Part shown: positions 11,524 through 23,866 of the stretch, in pieces
Position numbering within the stretch: the stretch's first letter is position 1
How the letters are laid out: every line of letters begins with the position of its first letter
From: Octopus sinensis
Taxonomy: Eukaryota
Assembly: GCF_006345805.1 (NCBI RefSeq)
Contig: NC_043003.1
Span: 88,350,001 to 88,414,000, forward strand
Direction: 5' to 3'
Length of the DNA stretch: 64,000 bases
Made by a program: the position numbers and the translations under genes
The notes under the pieces: model-generated
What the model was told of the DNA's origin: nothing
The model's input: the letters and a program-made list of their open reading frames with translations, nothing else
Databases searched by the model: none

Positions 11524-12559
11524 TAGTCATTTGCTTGTTTGCAAGCAATAAGCATTGTCACTGGTTGATGGTCTTCCATAAATCAGCCATGATGGCTTTT
11601 TTTTCAATGTTTCAGTTTTGTCTACTTTTTGAGTGTTGCTCATGTACTGCTTTGCAGTAGTAGACAGGGCATATAGACAAGCATTAATCTGCCAAAATGA
11701 GGGTCCATTACGTAGCTGAAAGTACCCCCCCCCCAACAATTTTCTTTACAATATTTGATACCATGTCTGTTGATCTTTTAATTACTTTGGTAGAGAGTAT
11801 GCTCTCTTTGAGAGAGTACTTCAAAGCCAAAATTATTCTTTCTTGAAAAATTTTATTAATGGCATATTTCACTGATATATAACTTTGACTTCTATTAATA
11901 CAATGATTGTTGCAGTTCTGCTTGCTATTTACATTAGTCTTAGGAGAGGAACAGTGGTCAAATTTCTTTAGCCTGGAAGGCAGTATGGTATTTGTTGGAA
12001 AATCACTAAGTGTGAAACAACGCAGTGTTGTAACATCATTCACACAGTTTTGTTTATCATATTTGGAAGAAAGTTAATATTAGATCTTTTTTAATCAAGT
12101 TAAATTCACTAACTTTCTTCTTATGTTCCACAAATGATTCTTGTTGGCATAATTGTCTTGCAGTAAAATATTTTAGTTCTGGATGCAGATCATCCCAATA
12201 TGCTTTTAATCTATTCATATATCCAATAGTGGGATTTTGTTTAGTTTTTTATGACAGCTAAATGTGTATGTTCTTTGTTGCCTACCCACTTTCTACTTTT
12301 CCTTCCATACTTCAAAACAATCTTTTCCCTTTCCTGGCACACAACATTGGTTGTTTCTTCTCAAATTTTAACATCTTCCCTCTTCTTTGTTCACCCTTCA
12401 CTTCTGACTTTCAACTCTCTCACACCACTTTCATCTCTCCAATTTGGCTTTTATTTAAGAGGTTTGTGATAAGATATGCCCTCACTCATTTTCATGATAT
12501 GTCATCTCATCTGTAAGGATCAGCATTCAGAGATCAAACCTCATCACTACTTTCCAGGT

Positions 12560-12800
12560 TTCCAGTCTTCTTCTGCAATGGCCTTCTTCAGCAGATTGTC
12601 AACATATATGTGATATTGATTCATCAGGCAGCTGTCATCCAAAGCACAATTTCCCAGATTATGCAAAGAGATTGTTCTAAAACAGCTGACTCTATACCTT
12701 CAATACCTAAACCTATTCAGTCAGATAATTTCTCTCCATCATTCCAAATGTCTCTCAACACCCTTAACACAAACAGGTGCAGCAACAAACTTAACGGGAA
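12560..12800 (-). pseudogene. Highly degenerate non-LTR RT fragment
   Basis: RDIWNDGEKLSD*IGLGI and CALDDSCL resemble RT motifs B and C. Weak. Confidence 0.3.
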
Positions 12801-13357
12801 ACTAATGGATGATTTGGGGGTTGCCTGCATTACAATGAAATTATTTAATTTATTTATATTAAACCAAGAAACAAAAGAAAGAGAGAAAGACAGCTAATAA
12901 AACCAAAATGATCACAGTCAAACAAGTGTTGACATGGCATATAAAACACTTTTTAAGTAGCTTCTATCAATGACATACCTTTTAATATAGGTGACAGATT
13001 TATTCCACCAATATTCCAACTTTATTTTCTTCTATACTATTCAGTCTATATTTTATATTTGGCAACAAAACACTCAGGTAAAAACTAGCTACCACACAAA
13101 TACATTTTTTGATACATACTGAAGTACTTTTGATATAACTTGAAGAGGTTTTGTATATTGACATTATGTTGTTATTATCATCACTATCACCACCACAACC
13201 ACCATTTTACATCTGTTTTGAGGCACTTATTTAAGTTCAATGAATCTTCTTCAGTACAGTGTCTCACCACTAGTTGCATTCTTTAGTGTGTGTGTAGGAG
13301 GGAGGGGCATCAATTTCCTGAGAACACTGTCCACCCCTTTATATAGTTGTGAATATA

Positions 13358-13631
13358 CAGGGTGGTTGGGCAAAATTACACAGTTTGCATAAGCAGAAAA
13401 GAAAACAATATCTCATCCAAAAATAAAAATATTTTAAAAAATCAAAACATATAGGCGCAGGAGTGGCTGTGTGGTAAGTAGCTTGCTAACCAACCACATG
13501 GTTCCGGGTTCAGTCCCACTGCGTGGCATCTTGGGCAAGTGTCTTCTGCTATAGCTCCGGGCCGACCAATGCCTTGTGAGTGGATTTGGTAGACGGAAAC
13601 TGAAAGAAGCCTGTTGTATATATGTATATAT

Positions 13632-13675
<44 letters not shown>

Positions 13676-13677
13676 AT

Positions 13678-13708
<31 letters not shown>

Positions 13709-14120
13709 TTGTGTGTGTTTGTCCCCCTAGTATTGCTTGACAACCGATGCTGGTGTGTTTACGTCCCCGTCACTTAGCGGTTCGGCAAAAGAGACCGATA
13801 GAATAAGTACTGGGCTTACAAAGAATAAGTCCCGGGGTCGATTTGCTCGACTAAAGGCGGTGCTCCAGCATGGCCGCAGTCAAATGACTGAAACAAGTAA
13901 AAGAGTAAAAGAGAGTATATCAATTTAGATAATGGCTGGGAGGTAACAGTTTACTCCACACAGTGTCCCTGGGAAGATCTTTGAACACCTCCTTGATCTT
14001 GGCCTTGCTATTTCAGGCAGAGCAGTTGGTGTCTTTCTGAACTGTGTCCCACATTGAGTAATCTATGTGATTACATACAACTGAGGGAATTAGTAGACTG
14101 TCTAAATTGGGTGTAAGGCT
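13358..14120 (-). mobile_element. Tc1/mariner-superfamily remnant interrupted by a SINE
   Basis: TA-CAGGGTGG terminus at 13356. Minus strand reads DYSMWDTVQKDTN..KAKIKEVFKDLPRDTV, resembling a DDE transposase C-terminus. Confidence 0.55.
13454..13915 (+). mobile_element. tRNA-derived SINE family 1, full length with internal microsatellite
   Basis: Head GGCGCAGGAGTGGCTGTGTGG..GGGTTCAGTCCC, CORE-like GGCAAGTGTCTTCT block, (AAAAGAGT)n tail. Seven copies in the window. Confidence 0.88.
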
Positions 14121-14389
14121 CTGTTCAAAGATGCGGGGATAAATTCCGATATGTTCACACAGTCAGAATACCTACTATGTCCCTTCCTGCTTGCCACAGC
14201 TTTGTATTCTCTGTTGCAGCTGCCCGTATCAGCCTTTACAGTATTCACAGAGCACTAAGTAGCCGTCATGATATTGGCATTATGATACTCAGCACAAATC
14301 ATCCTAATATAGGTAATTCTTTTACCTTGCTTAGAAATAGGTGAGGGTTGGTGGCAGGTTGTGGTAAATATATATATTATTGAAATAGC

Positions 14390-15200
14390 TAAGGCACTCC
14401 ATGAGGCAATGGCAACAGTAAACAACTCCATGGGACAATGACATCCTGAATCTAATTCATGAGACAGTGACATCCTAAAACTGCTCAATAGGAAAATGAC
14501 ATCCCTAAGCTACTTCATGGAACAATGATATTCCCAAACTAGTCTATGAGATAATGACGCACCTAAGATACTCCATGGGATAACAACATCCCAAAACTAC
14601 TCTATGAGACAATGACATCCCTAAGCTACTTTATGTGACAATGACATACCTAAGCTATATAATGGAACAATGACAACCTGAAGCTAATCCATTAGACAAT
14701 GATATCCCAAAACTACACCACAGAACAACTGACATCACTGAACTACTCCATAGGACAATGACATCCCAAAAGTACTTTATGGGACAATGGCAACTCTGAG
14801 CTACTCAATGAGACACGGACATCCTAAAAGTACACTATGGCATAATGACATCACCAACCTACATTATGGGACTGATATCCTTGAGCCACCACATGGAACA
14901 ATGACATACTTCAGCTACTTCATGGGACATTGGCATCTAAAAATGACTATATTGGACAATGACACTCATAAGCTACTCCATGAGATGATAGCATCTCCAA
15001 ACTACTCTACAGGACATTGACGTCCAAAAACTACTGGGTCAATGACATCCCCAAACTATTTCATGGGACAATGACATCATTAAACTACTCCATGGGACAA
15101 AGACTTCTCTAAGCTATTCCATGGGACAGACATCACAAAACTACTATATGGGACAATGACATCCCTAAGCTACTCCATGGGACAATGGCATCCCAACACT
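14390..15200. repeat. Degenerate 29-bp minisatellite, about 28 units
   Basis: Consensus approximately CTACTCCATGGGACAATGACATCCCTAAG. Confidence 0.9.
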
Positions 15201-15228
15201 GCTAGGAGAAGCACTTTTAATTACAACT

Positions 15229-15372
15229 GGCACAGGAAAAGTTGTGGGTTAAGAAGCTTGTGTTTTCGAGTTCAGTCCCACTGCACGGCACCATGCACAG
15301 GTGTCTCCTACAATAGGTTAGTGTCAAACAAAGCCTTGTGAGTGAATTTGATAGACAAAAAGAAACCCATCA
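15229..15372 (+). mobile_element. SINE family 1, degenerate 5' half
   Basis: gagttcagtcccactgcacggcacc..aaagccttgtgagtg. Confidence 0.7.
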
Positions 15373-15397
15373 TATGCATATGTGTGTGTATATGTAT

Positions 15398-15904
15398 ACT
15401 AGCCAATGAAAAATGCAGATGCGTACTTGTACTTGTACTTGTGGTGACATTCACCCTGGGCGGGTTGAGTCAGCTTCTTCTACCACCCTTGAGGCATCTC
15501 GAAGAAGTTGGAAGAAGTTTCGTGGGAATATGTAGATTTCACAAGCGGTCCCCAACAATGCCGCATGTAGAGATTGATGCATACTAACAATATTCTTAAC
15601 AATTAAACCTGGAAAAGCAGAGGACAAGAAAAAACTCATTAAAATTAGACCTTAAAATATTTCTGCTAAAATTAAAATTAAAAAGTACCTCTTAGGTACT
15701 TTCTCAAATTTTTTTAAAAATTCAATTAATTTCACTTTTCATTTTATTTTTTATACTAAATGAATTAATAAAAAAATTTTAAATTTTAATTTTAGTAGTA
15801 ATATTTTAAGCTCTAATTTTAATGAGTTTTTCTTGACTTCTACTTTTCCAGGTTTAATTGTTAAGAATATTGTTAGTATGCATCTGCATTTTTCACTGGC
15901 CAGT
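15398..15904. mobile_element. Foldback/MITE-like element with about 120-bp inverted arms; left arm interrupted by an insert
   Basis: 15398-15422 plus 15581-15679 is the reverse complement of about 15781-15904, with a few mismatches. Confidence 0.75.
15423..15575 (-). mobile_element. Short 5'-truncated non-LTR retroelement 3' end with (ACAAGT)n tail
   Basis: Flanked by GATGC(G/A)TAC near-duplication at 15418-15426 and 15576-15584. Minus-strand LHAALLGTACEIY resembles the QKAxLLGTA end of REL-type (R4/Dong-like) ORFs. Confidence 0.55.
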
Positions 15905-16689
15905 CCAGTGTTTTTACAAGAATTGTGGTAACAGTAAAATTTTAATTAAAAATATATAAAATTACCACTTTTTGCAGTCATTTTGAATTCAAAAATTTCC
16001 AAGAAAATTCAAACACAATTTTGATTTTTTCATTTGACTAATTCTCATTTAGAAATCAAATAAAAATGAATGATAATCATTGCAACTTTGCCTTTTCTGG
16101 ACATAATGTATATATTGTAATTTTGGCATTGTACAGAGACAAAGTTACAAATGTATATATTTAAAGAATTTTAAAGATAATGAAAGAAAAATGACTTCAT
16201 TTTAAATAAATTGAATTAAATTAATATTGAGTAGAATATGATTACAAGTAGTATTTGACTTTTCTGAACAGCCTTACTACTGACTTCAGTACTGCTCATA
16301 GTTACAAAGTCACAAATGATCATATTCTATTTACTATAAAATTAATAAATAAATTATAAATAAAGTCATTTTTAGCATGCAAATAATTAACTGTATGTTT
16401 GAAAATTTAAAAATAGTGAAAATTGACTGTTAAAATATTTGAATTGTTGTCATTTGCCTTTTCTGAACAGGCCTGCTAAATGATTCAGTACTGCTCATAG
16501 AGATAAAATAAAAAAATTTTAATATTTTATTAAATAATCTTGTTATTAAAATAATTTAAACTAATGAAAATAAATATTAGAACTCTTTGTAATCGATTTG
16601 TGTTGTCTTTTATCTTTTGTTGTGTGTGTGTGTGCCTAAGAAATGGTTTAGTTCATTCACAATTAGTGGGCATAACTATAGATTTCTTC

Positions 16690-16968
16690 CTCCACCCCTA
16701 ATTTTGGCTGATCATAACTTTCAGAAAAATGGGTATTTTTTAATGAAATTTTCTACAAATATGTGTTATACCATGTAGATTCCGAATATACAAAAGTTTG
16801 GTGTTTAAGTGTTTTAGGAGGAGGTGGAGTGAGGAATTTTGGAAAATTCACCGGAGTCCACTTGAAAGTTAAGACGAATTAAAGTGGACTCCAGTGGATA
16901 TTCATAGAAAATTTAATTAAAAAAATATTCATTTTTCTAAAGTTATGATCATCAAAATTTGGAGGGGA
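16690..16968. mobile_element. MITE-like element with about 70-bp imperfect TIRs and an internal hairpin
   Basis: aattttggctgatcataactttcagaaaaatg / catttttctaaagttatgatcatcaaaattt; internal ggagtccactt / aagtggactcc. Confidence 0.6.
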
Positions 16969-17559
16969 TGAAATTCTCAATGCACAATACCACATTTCCA
17001 GGTGGTGACACTCAGGGTAGGTTTTCTAGATTACTCATCTTCCAGGCGGCCCTGGGAGATGAATTCTTGATGCATAATACTACATTTCCCAGGGTAATGT
17101 TTGTAGCAGGTCTTCCAGATCATTCATCATCTTCTAGTAATATTCTTTTGCTTTTAAAGCACTTGTACCACTCAAAACATTTAGGTCCAAATATTTATGT
17201 AATATGTTAAATCTTCTGCAGTAGGCTTGTAACTGATAATTATCCTGTATTTTGAAATTGCAATTGGAGCTATTTAGTTTAGGGATCTTTCTATTAAGTG
17301 TATTATTATTGGTGTAACTAGAATACATATGATGAGTTAGGTCCATTTGATTCGCTCCCCTCATATGTGCTATTTTCTATGTCATCCATGCCATCATTAT
17401 AAGTATTGGTGATAGAGAACATAGATATTCCTATCCACTGAAAGATCTCGCATGGCTGCCATGGTTGGTGGTGTAACCACTATTATTTTGTATATGCATG
17501 CACATGCATAGATGGATATATAAATATGCTTATGTATGTTTGAGTGTATATATATATAT

Positions 17560-17680
17560 TACCAACCATATGGTTCTGGGTTCAGTCCCACTGCATGGCA
17601 CCTTGGGCAAGTGTCTTCTACTGTAGCCTCGAACTGACCAAAGCCTTGGGAGTGGATTTGGTAGATGGAAAATGAAAAGA
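17560..17680 (+). mobile_element. SINE family 1 fragment
   Basis: ggttcagtcccactgcatggcaccttgggcaagtgtcttct. Confidence 0.75.
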
Positions 17681-18279
17681 AATCAGTCGTATGTATGTAT
17701 GTATGCATGTCTGTCTGTCTGTATACGTATGTATGCATGTATGTATGTATGTAGGTAGGTAAGTATGTGTATGTTTGTATGTTTGGCAATATGAGGTTCT
17801 AGAGAAGACCTGCCCACGTCAGCAAAACTGAGAGCTAGAAGAGTTGTGTCCTACCCACATGTAACAACAAACTTTTCACACACCCTACCCTAAGACACTG
17901 AACTACATCTCCTCTTCTAAACAGCCTCTTTCTCTTTCTCACAATTCTTTTTCATAAACTATGACTGCCTTCCAATCCCGTTTCCTGCCCTCACTGCCCT
18001 CTACCAAGGCTTTCACCTGTCACTGCAATCTCCACTCCCAACTTGCACCTTCTCAGCAACACCTGACCACGTATATAATGAACTTCATACCTCTATTTTC
18101 TTTACCATCACATCTATGCTCTGATCTTTGTTACTTGGCATTTCACCATCTCTTCTGCTCTCTCTTACATTTTTGCTGGTTCATGCTCTCCCTCTCTCTT
18201 TCCCTTGATCTTCCCTCTGGCTGGGTAGCCATATATCTCTTCTACAGCAGTATAACTATTTCTATCCTCATTCTTGGTT

Positions 18280-18328
<49 letters not shown>

Positions 18329-18379
18329 AGCAAGACACATATTTCTGCCTCCCTATTTCTCTGTCACACTATAACCTTT

Positions 18380-18610
18380 CATCATCTAATATTGGATCAC
18401 CTGTCTCTTTGTCACCCTCTAAACTTTCATCCTCTGGCATGAGTTCCCCTCCTCCAATGCCCCTGCCCATCTCATTATTCCTTGCCTTGCGAGTTACTTG
18501 GTGACCCTGTCACTGTTGGTGCCGTGTAAAAAGCACTGAGTTCACTCTGCAGAGTGGATAGTGTTAGGAAGGGCATCCAGCTATAACAACTCTGCCAAAA
18601 TAGACAGAGT
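18380..18610 (+). mobile_element. RTE-type 3' UTR fragment
   Basis: gtaaaaagcac..ttaggaagggcatccagct matches the RTE UTR. Confidence 0.55.
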
Positions 18611-18613
18611 AGC

Positions 18614-18667
<54 letters not shown>

Positions 18668-18669
18668 AT

Positions 18670-18957
18670 GCGCAATGGCCCAGTGGTTAGGGCAGCGGAC
18701 TCGCGGTCGGAGGATTGCGGTTTCGATTCCCAGACCGGGCGTTGTGTGAGTTTATTGAGCAAAAACAGCTAAAAGCTCCACGAGGCTCCGGCAGGGGGTG
18801 GTGATCCCTGCTGTACTCTTTCTCCCACTTTCTTCTGTTGGTCTGCTCGCTTAGCCAGCGGGGTGGCGTCGTTCGAAGTCTAAAACAATGCAAACACATT
18901 GTGACCAGCAATGTGTAGCAACATCTGATGGTCTGGTCGGTCATGTGATCACGTGAT
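18670..18957 (+). mobile_element. tRNA-derived SINE family 2
   Basis: Box A TGGCCCAGTGG (18676) and box B GGTTTCGATTCC (18719); CpG-rich body; ends at (TA)n. Confidence 0.75.
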
Positions 18958-19064
18958 ATATATATGTATGTATGTATATGTATGTATATGTATGTGTGTG
19001 TATATATATGTATGTATGTATATCAATATGTATGTGTGTGTGTGTATGTATGTGTACATATATA

Positions 19065-19097
<33 letters not shown>

Positions 19098-19203
19098 ATA
19101 TATGCATATGTATGTGTGTATATATATATATATATGCATATGTATGCATATATATATATATATATTGCATATGTATGTGTGTATATATATATGTGTGTGT
19201 GTG

Positions 19204-19235
<32 letters not shown>

Positions 19236-19258
19236 ATATATATTATATATATATATAC

Positions 19259-19368
19259 ATTGCCAGATCAGACTGGGCCTGGTGCAGCCTTCTGGCTTCC
19301 CAGACCCCAGTTGAACCGTCCAACCCATGCTAGCATGGAAAGCGGACGCTAAATGATGATGATGATGA
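19259..19368 (+). mobile_element. RTE 3' tip, inverted duplicate of 19626-19738
   Basis: Identical to the reverse complement of the neighbouring RTE end. Confidence 0.85.
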
Positions 19369-19471
19369 TATATACACATACATACATATATATATGTACA
19401 CATACATATATATATACATATATATATACATACATACATATATATATATATATATGTGTACACATACATAC

Positions 19472-19533
<62 letters not shown>

Positions 19534-19625
19534 TGTGTACACATATATATATATATATATGTATGTATGTATATATATGTATATATATATGTATGTGTAC
19601 ATATATATATGTATGTATGTGTATA

Positions 19626-20375
19626 TATCATCATCATCATCATTTAGCGTCCGCTTTCCATGCTAGCATGGGTTGGACGGTTCAACTGGGGTCTGGGAAG
19701 CCAGAAGGCTGCACCAGGCCCAGTCTGATCTGGCAATGTTTCTACGGCTGGATGTCCTTCCTAACGCTAACCACTCCATGAGGGTAGTGGGTGCTTTTTA
19801 CGTGCCACTGGCACAGGTGCCAGAAGGGGCTAGCAAACAGCCACGGTTGGATGGTGCTTTTTATGTGCCACCGGTAGAGAGGCCTGTCGGGGGCGGTGCT
19901 GGCAATGGTCACATTCGGATTGTTCGCTTACATGCCACCAGCACTGGTATCACAGCTACAATTTCCATTGACGTTGATAAATTTCGATTTTGATTTTGAT
20001 TTCTACTTGCCTCAACAGGTCTTCACAAGTAGAGTTTTGTGTCCCAAGAAGGAAAGGTATGCATAAGTGGATTGGCTACATCCCAGGTAGAGGCCATGGG
20101 TTATGGTCTCACTTGTCCTGCCGGGTCTTCTCACGTACAGCATACTTCCATAGGTCTCGGTCTCTAGTCATTTCCTCGGTGAGACCTAAAGTTCGGAGGT
20201 CGTGCTTCACCACCTCGTCCCAGGTTTTCCTGGGTCTACCTCTTCCACAGGTTCCTTCAACCGCTAGGGTGTGGCACTTTTTCACACAACTATTTTCAGT
20301 CATTCTCGTCACATGACCATACCAGCGCAAACGTCTCTCTTGCACACCACAACTGATGCTTCTTAGGTCCAACTT
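19626..20375 (-). mobile_element. RTE LINE 3' part
   Basis: [31 protein letters not shown], (GAT)n tail. Confidence 0.9.
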
Positions 20376-20502
20376 ATACATATATATATGTGTGTGTGTG
20401 TATATGTATATATATGTATGTGTACATATACATATATATATATGTATGTATGTGTATAGATATATATATATGTATGTATATATGTGTATATATATGTATA
20501 TA

Positions 20503-20547
<45 letters not shown>

Positions 20548-20559
20548 GTGTGTATATAT

Positions 20560-20592
<33 letters not shown>

Positions 20593-20602
20593 GTATGTCT
20601 AT

Positions 20603-20656
<54 letters not shown>

Positions 20657-20660
<4 letters not shown>

Positions 20661-21760
20661 AAATAAGAAAATGGAGGAATAGATTTCTTTCAATCATCAA
20701 CTTCCAGATAATACCATTCATATAATTTATTAACTAATTATTTAGATTGTATGATATATGAATGTAATGACATTGTATATTGTTTTGCATTATTTTATTT
20801 TATTGAATTAATTTACAGCCATCTCCCATATGCATCTGTCTATATATTATGTTACACTATATTATATATTGTATATTTAATATGTCATATAATATATTAT
20901 AATTATTATGTTGTGTTACACTATTATACTATATTTTATGTGGTATTTTCCATCTATGTATTGTGAATAGCAGAATGCACATATTCCTTTATTGGTATTA
21001 TTAATAATAATAATAATAATATTAATAGTTTTAGTAATGTAATACAATGAACTTTGGACTTTGTTTATGTACACTTTGATGTGGATATATATATGTATAT
21101 TCCAGTATATAGATCTGATTAACTGTAACCTTGTGTGTATGTATATTATTATGTATATACTTATATATATGTATATGTAGGTGTATATACACTTATATGT
21201 ATATGTATATATGCATATTCTTGTATATGTGTGCCTTGTTTAATATTCATATTTGCATTTTATATCTTCATTTTATATCTTTATAATTGTACTTTATAAT
21301 CTCTGACGAGGCCTTGAGATATATATATATAAGTAACTCGTTTTTAACTGCATATCACCTCAATACATCTGACTAATATGGGTATAATGAGATACTCTTA
21401 TCTACAGGCTGAAACAGCTGTAAGATCCATTTTATATGTATTATTCTTATGGTATTATCTTACTTATTGATGTATATTGTTTTATTCTGTCTTATTCTGT
21501 TGGATTTGGATGTTCCTATTTAATTTAAATAATTAGTTGATAAATTATATGAATTGGTATTATCTGGAAGTTGATGATTGAAAGAAATCTATTCCTCCAT
21601 TTTCTTATTTTGTATTATGAATTTGAGGTAAAACATTTTACCTTCACCCATATAATACAATAAATAAATTAATTGCATTGCAATTATTAGCATTTATGTA
21701 TTAGCCTTCTGGGTACTTTACTGGCAGTATATTGGATAAATGATATCCCATAATGGGTTA

Positions 21761-21765
<5 letters not shown>
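20657..21765 (+). mobile_element. PLE family B pLTR with 5' inverted partial copy
   Basis: About 88-bp inverted repeat 20657-20744 / 21526-21614; intact HHR core inside. Confidence 0.65.
21299..21426 (+). ncRNA. Type I hammerhead ribozyme motif, family B
   Basis: ATCT-CTGACGA-GGCCT..about 90-nt loop..AGGCT-GAAAC-AGCT-GTA-AGAT. Stem III region ACAGCTGT is a perfect palindrome. Confidence 0.75.
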
Positions 21766-21808
<43 letters not shown>

Positions 21809-21981
21809 GTATGTTTATATATTTGTTTTGCAAGATTCTTGATGTGAAATCGTGTGTTGAAACAGACGTATTTAGGAATGGTCATTTTGCCAGTTTAGCC
21901 AATAAAAACACATGCACTATATATTTGGTGTTAATTTGCTTCAGCGTTATTTATTTTTTACATTAATCTTCATCTTATTTT

Positions 21982-22025
21982 GGCCAGAGTTCTTTCGTCA
22001 CACTTCTGTGACCTCATCAGTGGTC
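21982..22025 (-). ncRNA. Hammerhead motif in the inverted pLTR of PLE-D
   Basis: Reverse-complement copy of 23619-23662. Confidence 0.65.
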
Positions 22026-22335
22026 CTTTGCTTTCTTCTTTCTTATTTGTGTGTCTCTCCTTACTAACGGTCAGCCATTTTGTATTCCTATTCTATGTGT
22101 CTTCATTTGCGCATGTGTATATTTCTATGTGTGTCTATGTTTAGTTAGTGTGTGTGTGGGGGGAAGTGCCTGTAATATTTGTGTCTCTTGTTTATACATG
22201 TTTGTGTAATTTGTTTTTGTTTATTTTTATTTTGTTCAAGTGTTTACACCTACTTATTATTATTATTTTTTTTGGTTGTATTCAGTTAAATTTTTTTTTT
22301 AATGTATATAGTTATTTACTTACTATGCCAAACCT

Positions 22336-23256
22336 ATGGACTCCAAATACTTGATCCACCAGAACTCAACTATCGCGGACAATGCCAAATTCAATATTTT
22401 GGTGGCAGACCCTGTCAAAATAATGCGAAATGTGTCCCACATGTGCAAGCCTACAGAGTTAAAGAGACACATACAACATTTCGTTCACTGCATGCAGTTC
22501 TCAGGTTACAGCCATAAAGAAAGGATCAGAGTATACAAAGGAGCCACGAAGAAATTTTATACTATTTTATGTAATGATAGGAATGTGATTTGCCCACTCT
22601 ATAGGAACAAGTCATGGAATACTATTGAAAGGACTAAGAAGAAAATAGGGAAGGCCAACTCTTGGTATGATAGCCACAAATACCAGAGTGTCATGTTCGT
22701 CGACACCACCCCTAGAGGCGAACTGGCGTACCGCTTTAGAAGGGCCCTAGACAAACTTAAGCTAAGGATTAAGGTTGTTGAAAAGCCAGGCAACCCTATA
22801 AAATCCCTAATCGGTAGAACCTATCCTTTTAGTAGAATCCCCTGTACGGAGAGGAACTGTACTGTGTGTAGATTTAGTCCACAAACAAACTGTAAAGCCA
22901 GAAATGTAGTCTATAGTATAAGATGTATAGAGGGACGATGCAGTAACAAGACAACGACATACGTAGGGGAAATGGCATGGAGCATAGGAGAGCGAGTAAA
23001 TGACCATTGGAGAGAACTTAAGGAAGGAAAGAGCTCATCGGTTCTGTACCAACACACCGAGCAGGAACACGGGGGTTCACTCAACAACATAGAAGTTAAA
23101 ATCTTGTCCACACATAGAACAGACGCAACAATCAGACAAATTACGGAAGCTACACACATAATAGAAGATAAACTTAGCCTGAATAGGAAACTTGAATGGA
23201 ACACTAGCACACACCCCCAACACACCACAACATATGACAGAAGAAGATCCCCATAA
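22336..23256 (+). pseudogene. PLE ORF C-terminal part (thumb/linker plus GIY-YIG endonuclease), open for 306 codons
   Basis: CTERNCTVC linker, NVVYSIRC..TYVGEMAWSIGERVNDH (GIY-YIG), RQITEA..LNRKLEW. No RT core. Confidence 0.85.
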
Positions 23257-23618
23257 ACTGGTAACAATATAAACAAAATTAAAAACATAATAAAATACAC
23301 ATAAATAAACAAATGGAAGTAAATAACTATATACATTAAAAAAAAGAAAAGAAAATTTAACTAAATACGACAAAAAAAAAATAATAAGTAGGTGTAAACA
23401 CTTGAACAAAATAAAAATAAACAAAAACAAATTACACAAACGTGTATAAACAGGAGACACAAATATTACAGGTACTTCCCCCCACACACTAACTAAACAT
23501 AGACATACATAGAGGTATATGCATGTGCAAATGAAGACACATAGAATAGGAATACAGAATACAAAATGGCTGACTGTTAGTAAGGAGAGACACACAAATA
23601 AGAAAGAAGAAAGCAAAG

Positions 23619-23662
23619 GACCACTGATGAGGTCACAGAAGTGTGACGAAAGAACTCTGGCC
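23619..23662 (+). ncRNA. Hammerhead motif in the 3' pLTR of PLE-D
   Basis: GACCA-CTGATGA-G-GTCACA gaag TGTGAC-GAAAG-AA-CTC-TGGCC. Confidence 0.68.
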
Positions 23663-23808
23663 GAAATAAGATGAAAATTAATGTAAAAAATAAATAATGC
23701 TGAAGCAAAGTAACACCAAATATATAGTGCATGTGTTTTTATTGGCTAAACTGGCAAAATGACCATTCCTAAATACAACAACATATACATATATATATAT
23801 GTATGTAT

Positions 23809-23866
<58 letters not shown>

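Larger units (their letters stand above)
21868..23776 (+). mobile_element. Penelope-like element family D, 5'-truncated, flanked by about 455-bp inverted pLTRs
   Basis: Arms 21868-22321 and 23317-23776 are reverse complements and enclose the ORF. Confidence 0.9.

Noticed and set aside
11900-12250. Minus-strand peptide GYMNRLKAYWDDLHPEL as a host exon
   Set aside because: Stops nearby and no convincing splice sites. More like a decayed retroelement N-terminus; cannot be assigned.
14390-15200. CRISPR-like array (29-bp period)
   Set aside because: Contiguous degenerate units with no unique spacers, eukaryotic context, no cas genes.
18670-18740. Bona fide tRNA gene (also the heads at 13454 and 24784)
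   Set aside because: No complete cloverleaf or acceptor stem, and the heads continue into repeat bodies, so these are SINE heads.
18949-20693. Many long Y/I/C/V/M-rich ORFs (also 25982-26784, 30090-30559, 52858-53355, 59258-59999)
   Set aside because: Translations of (TA)n/(TG)n microsatellites.
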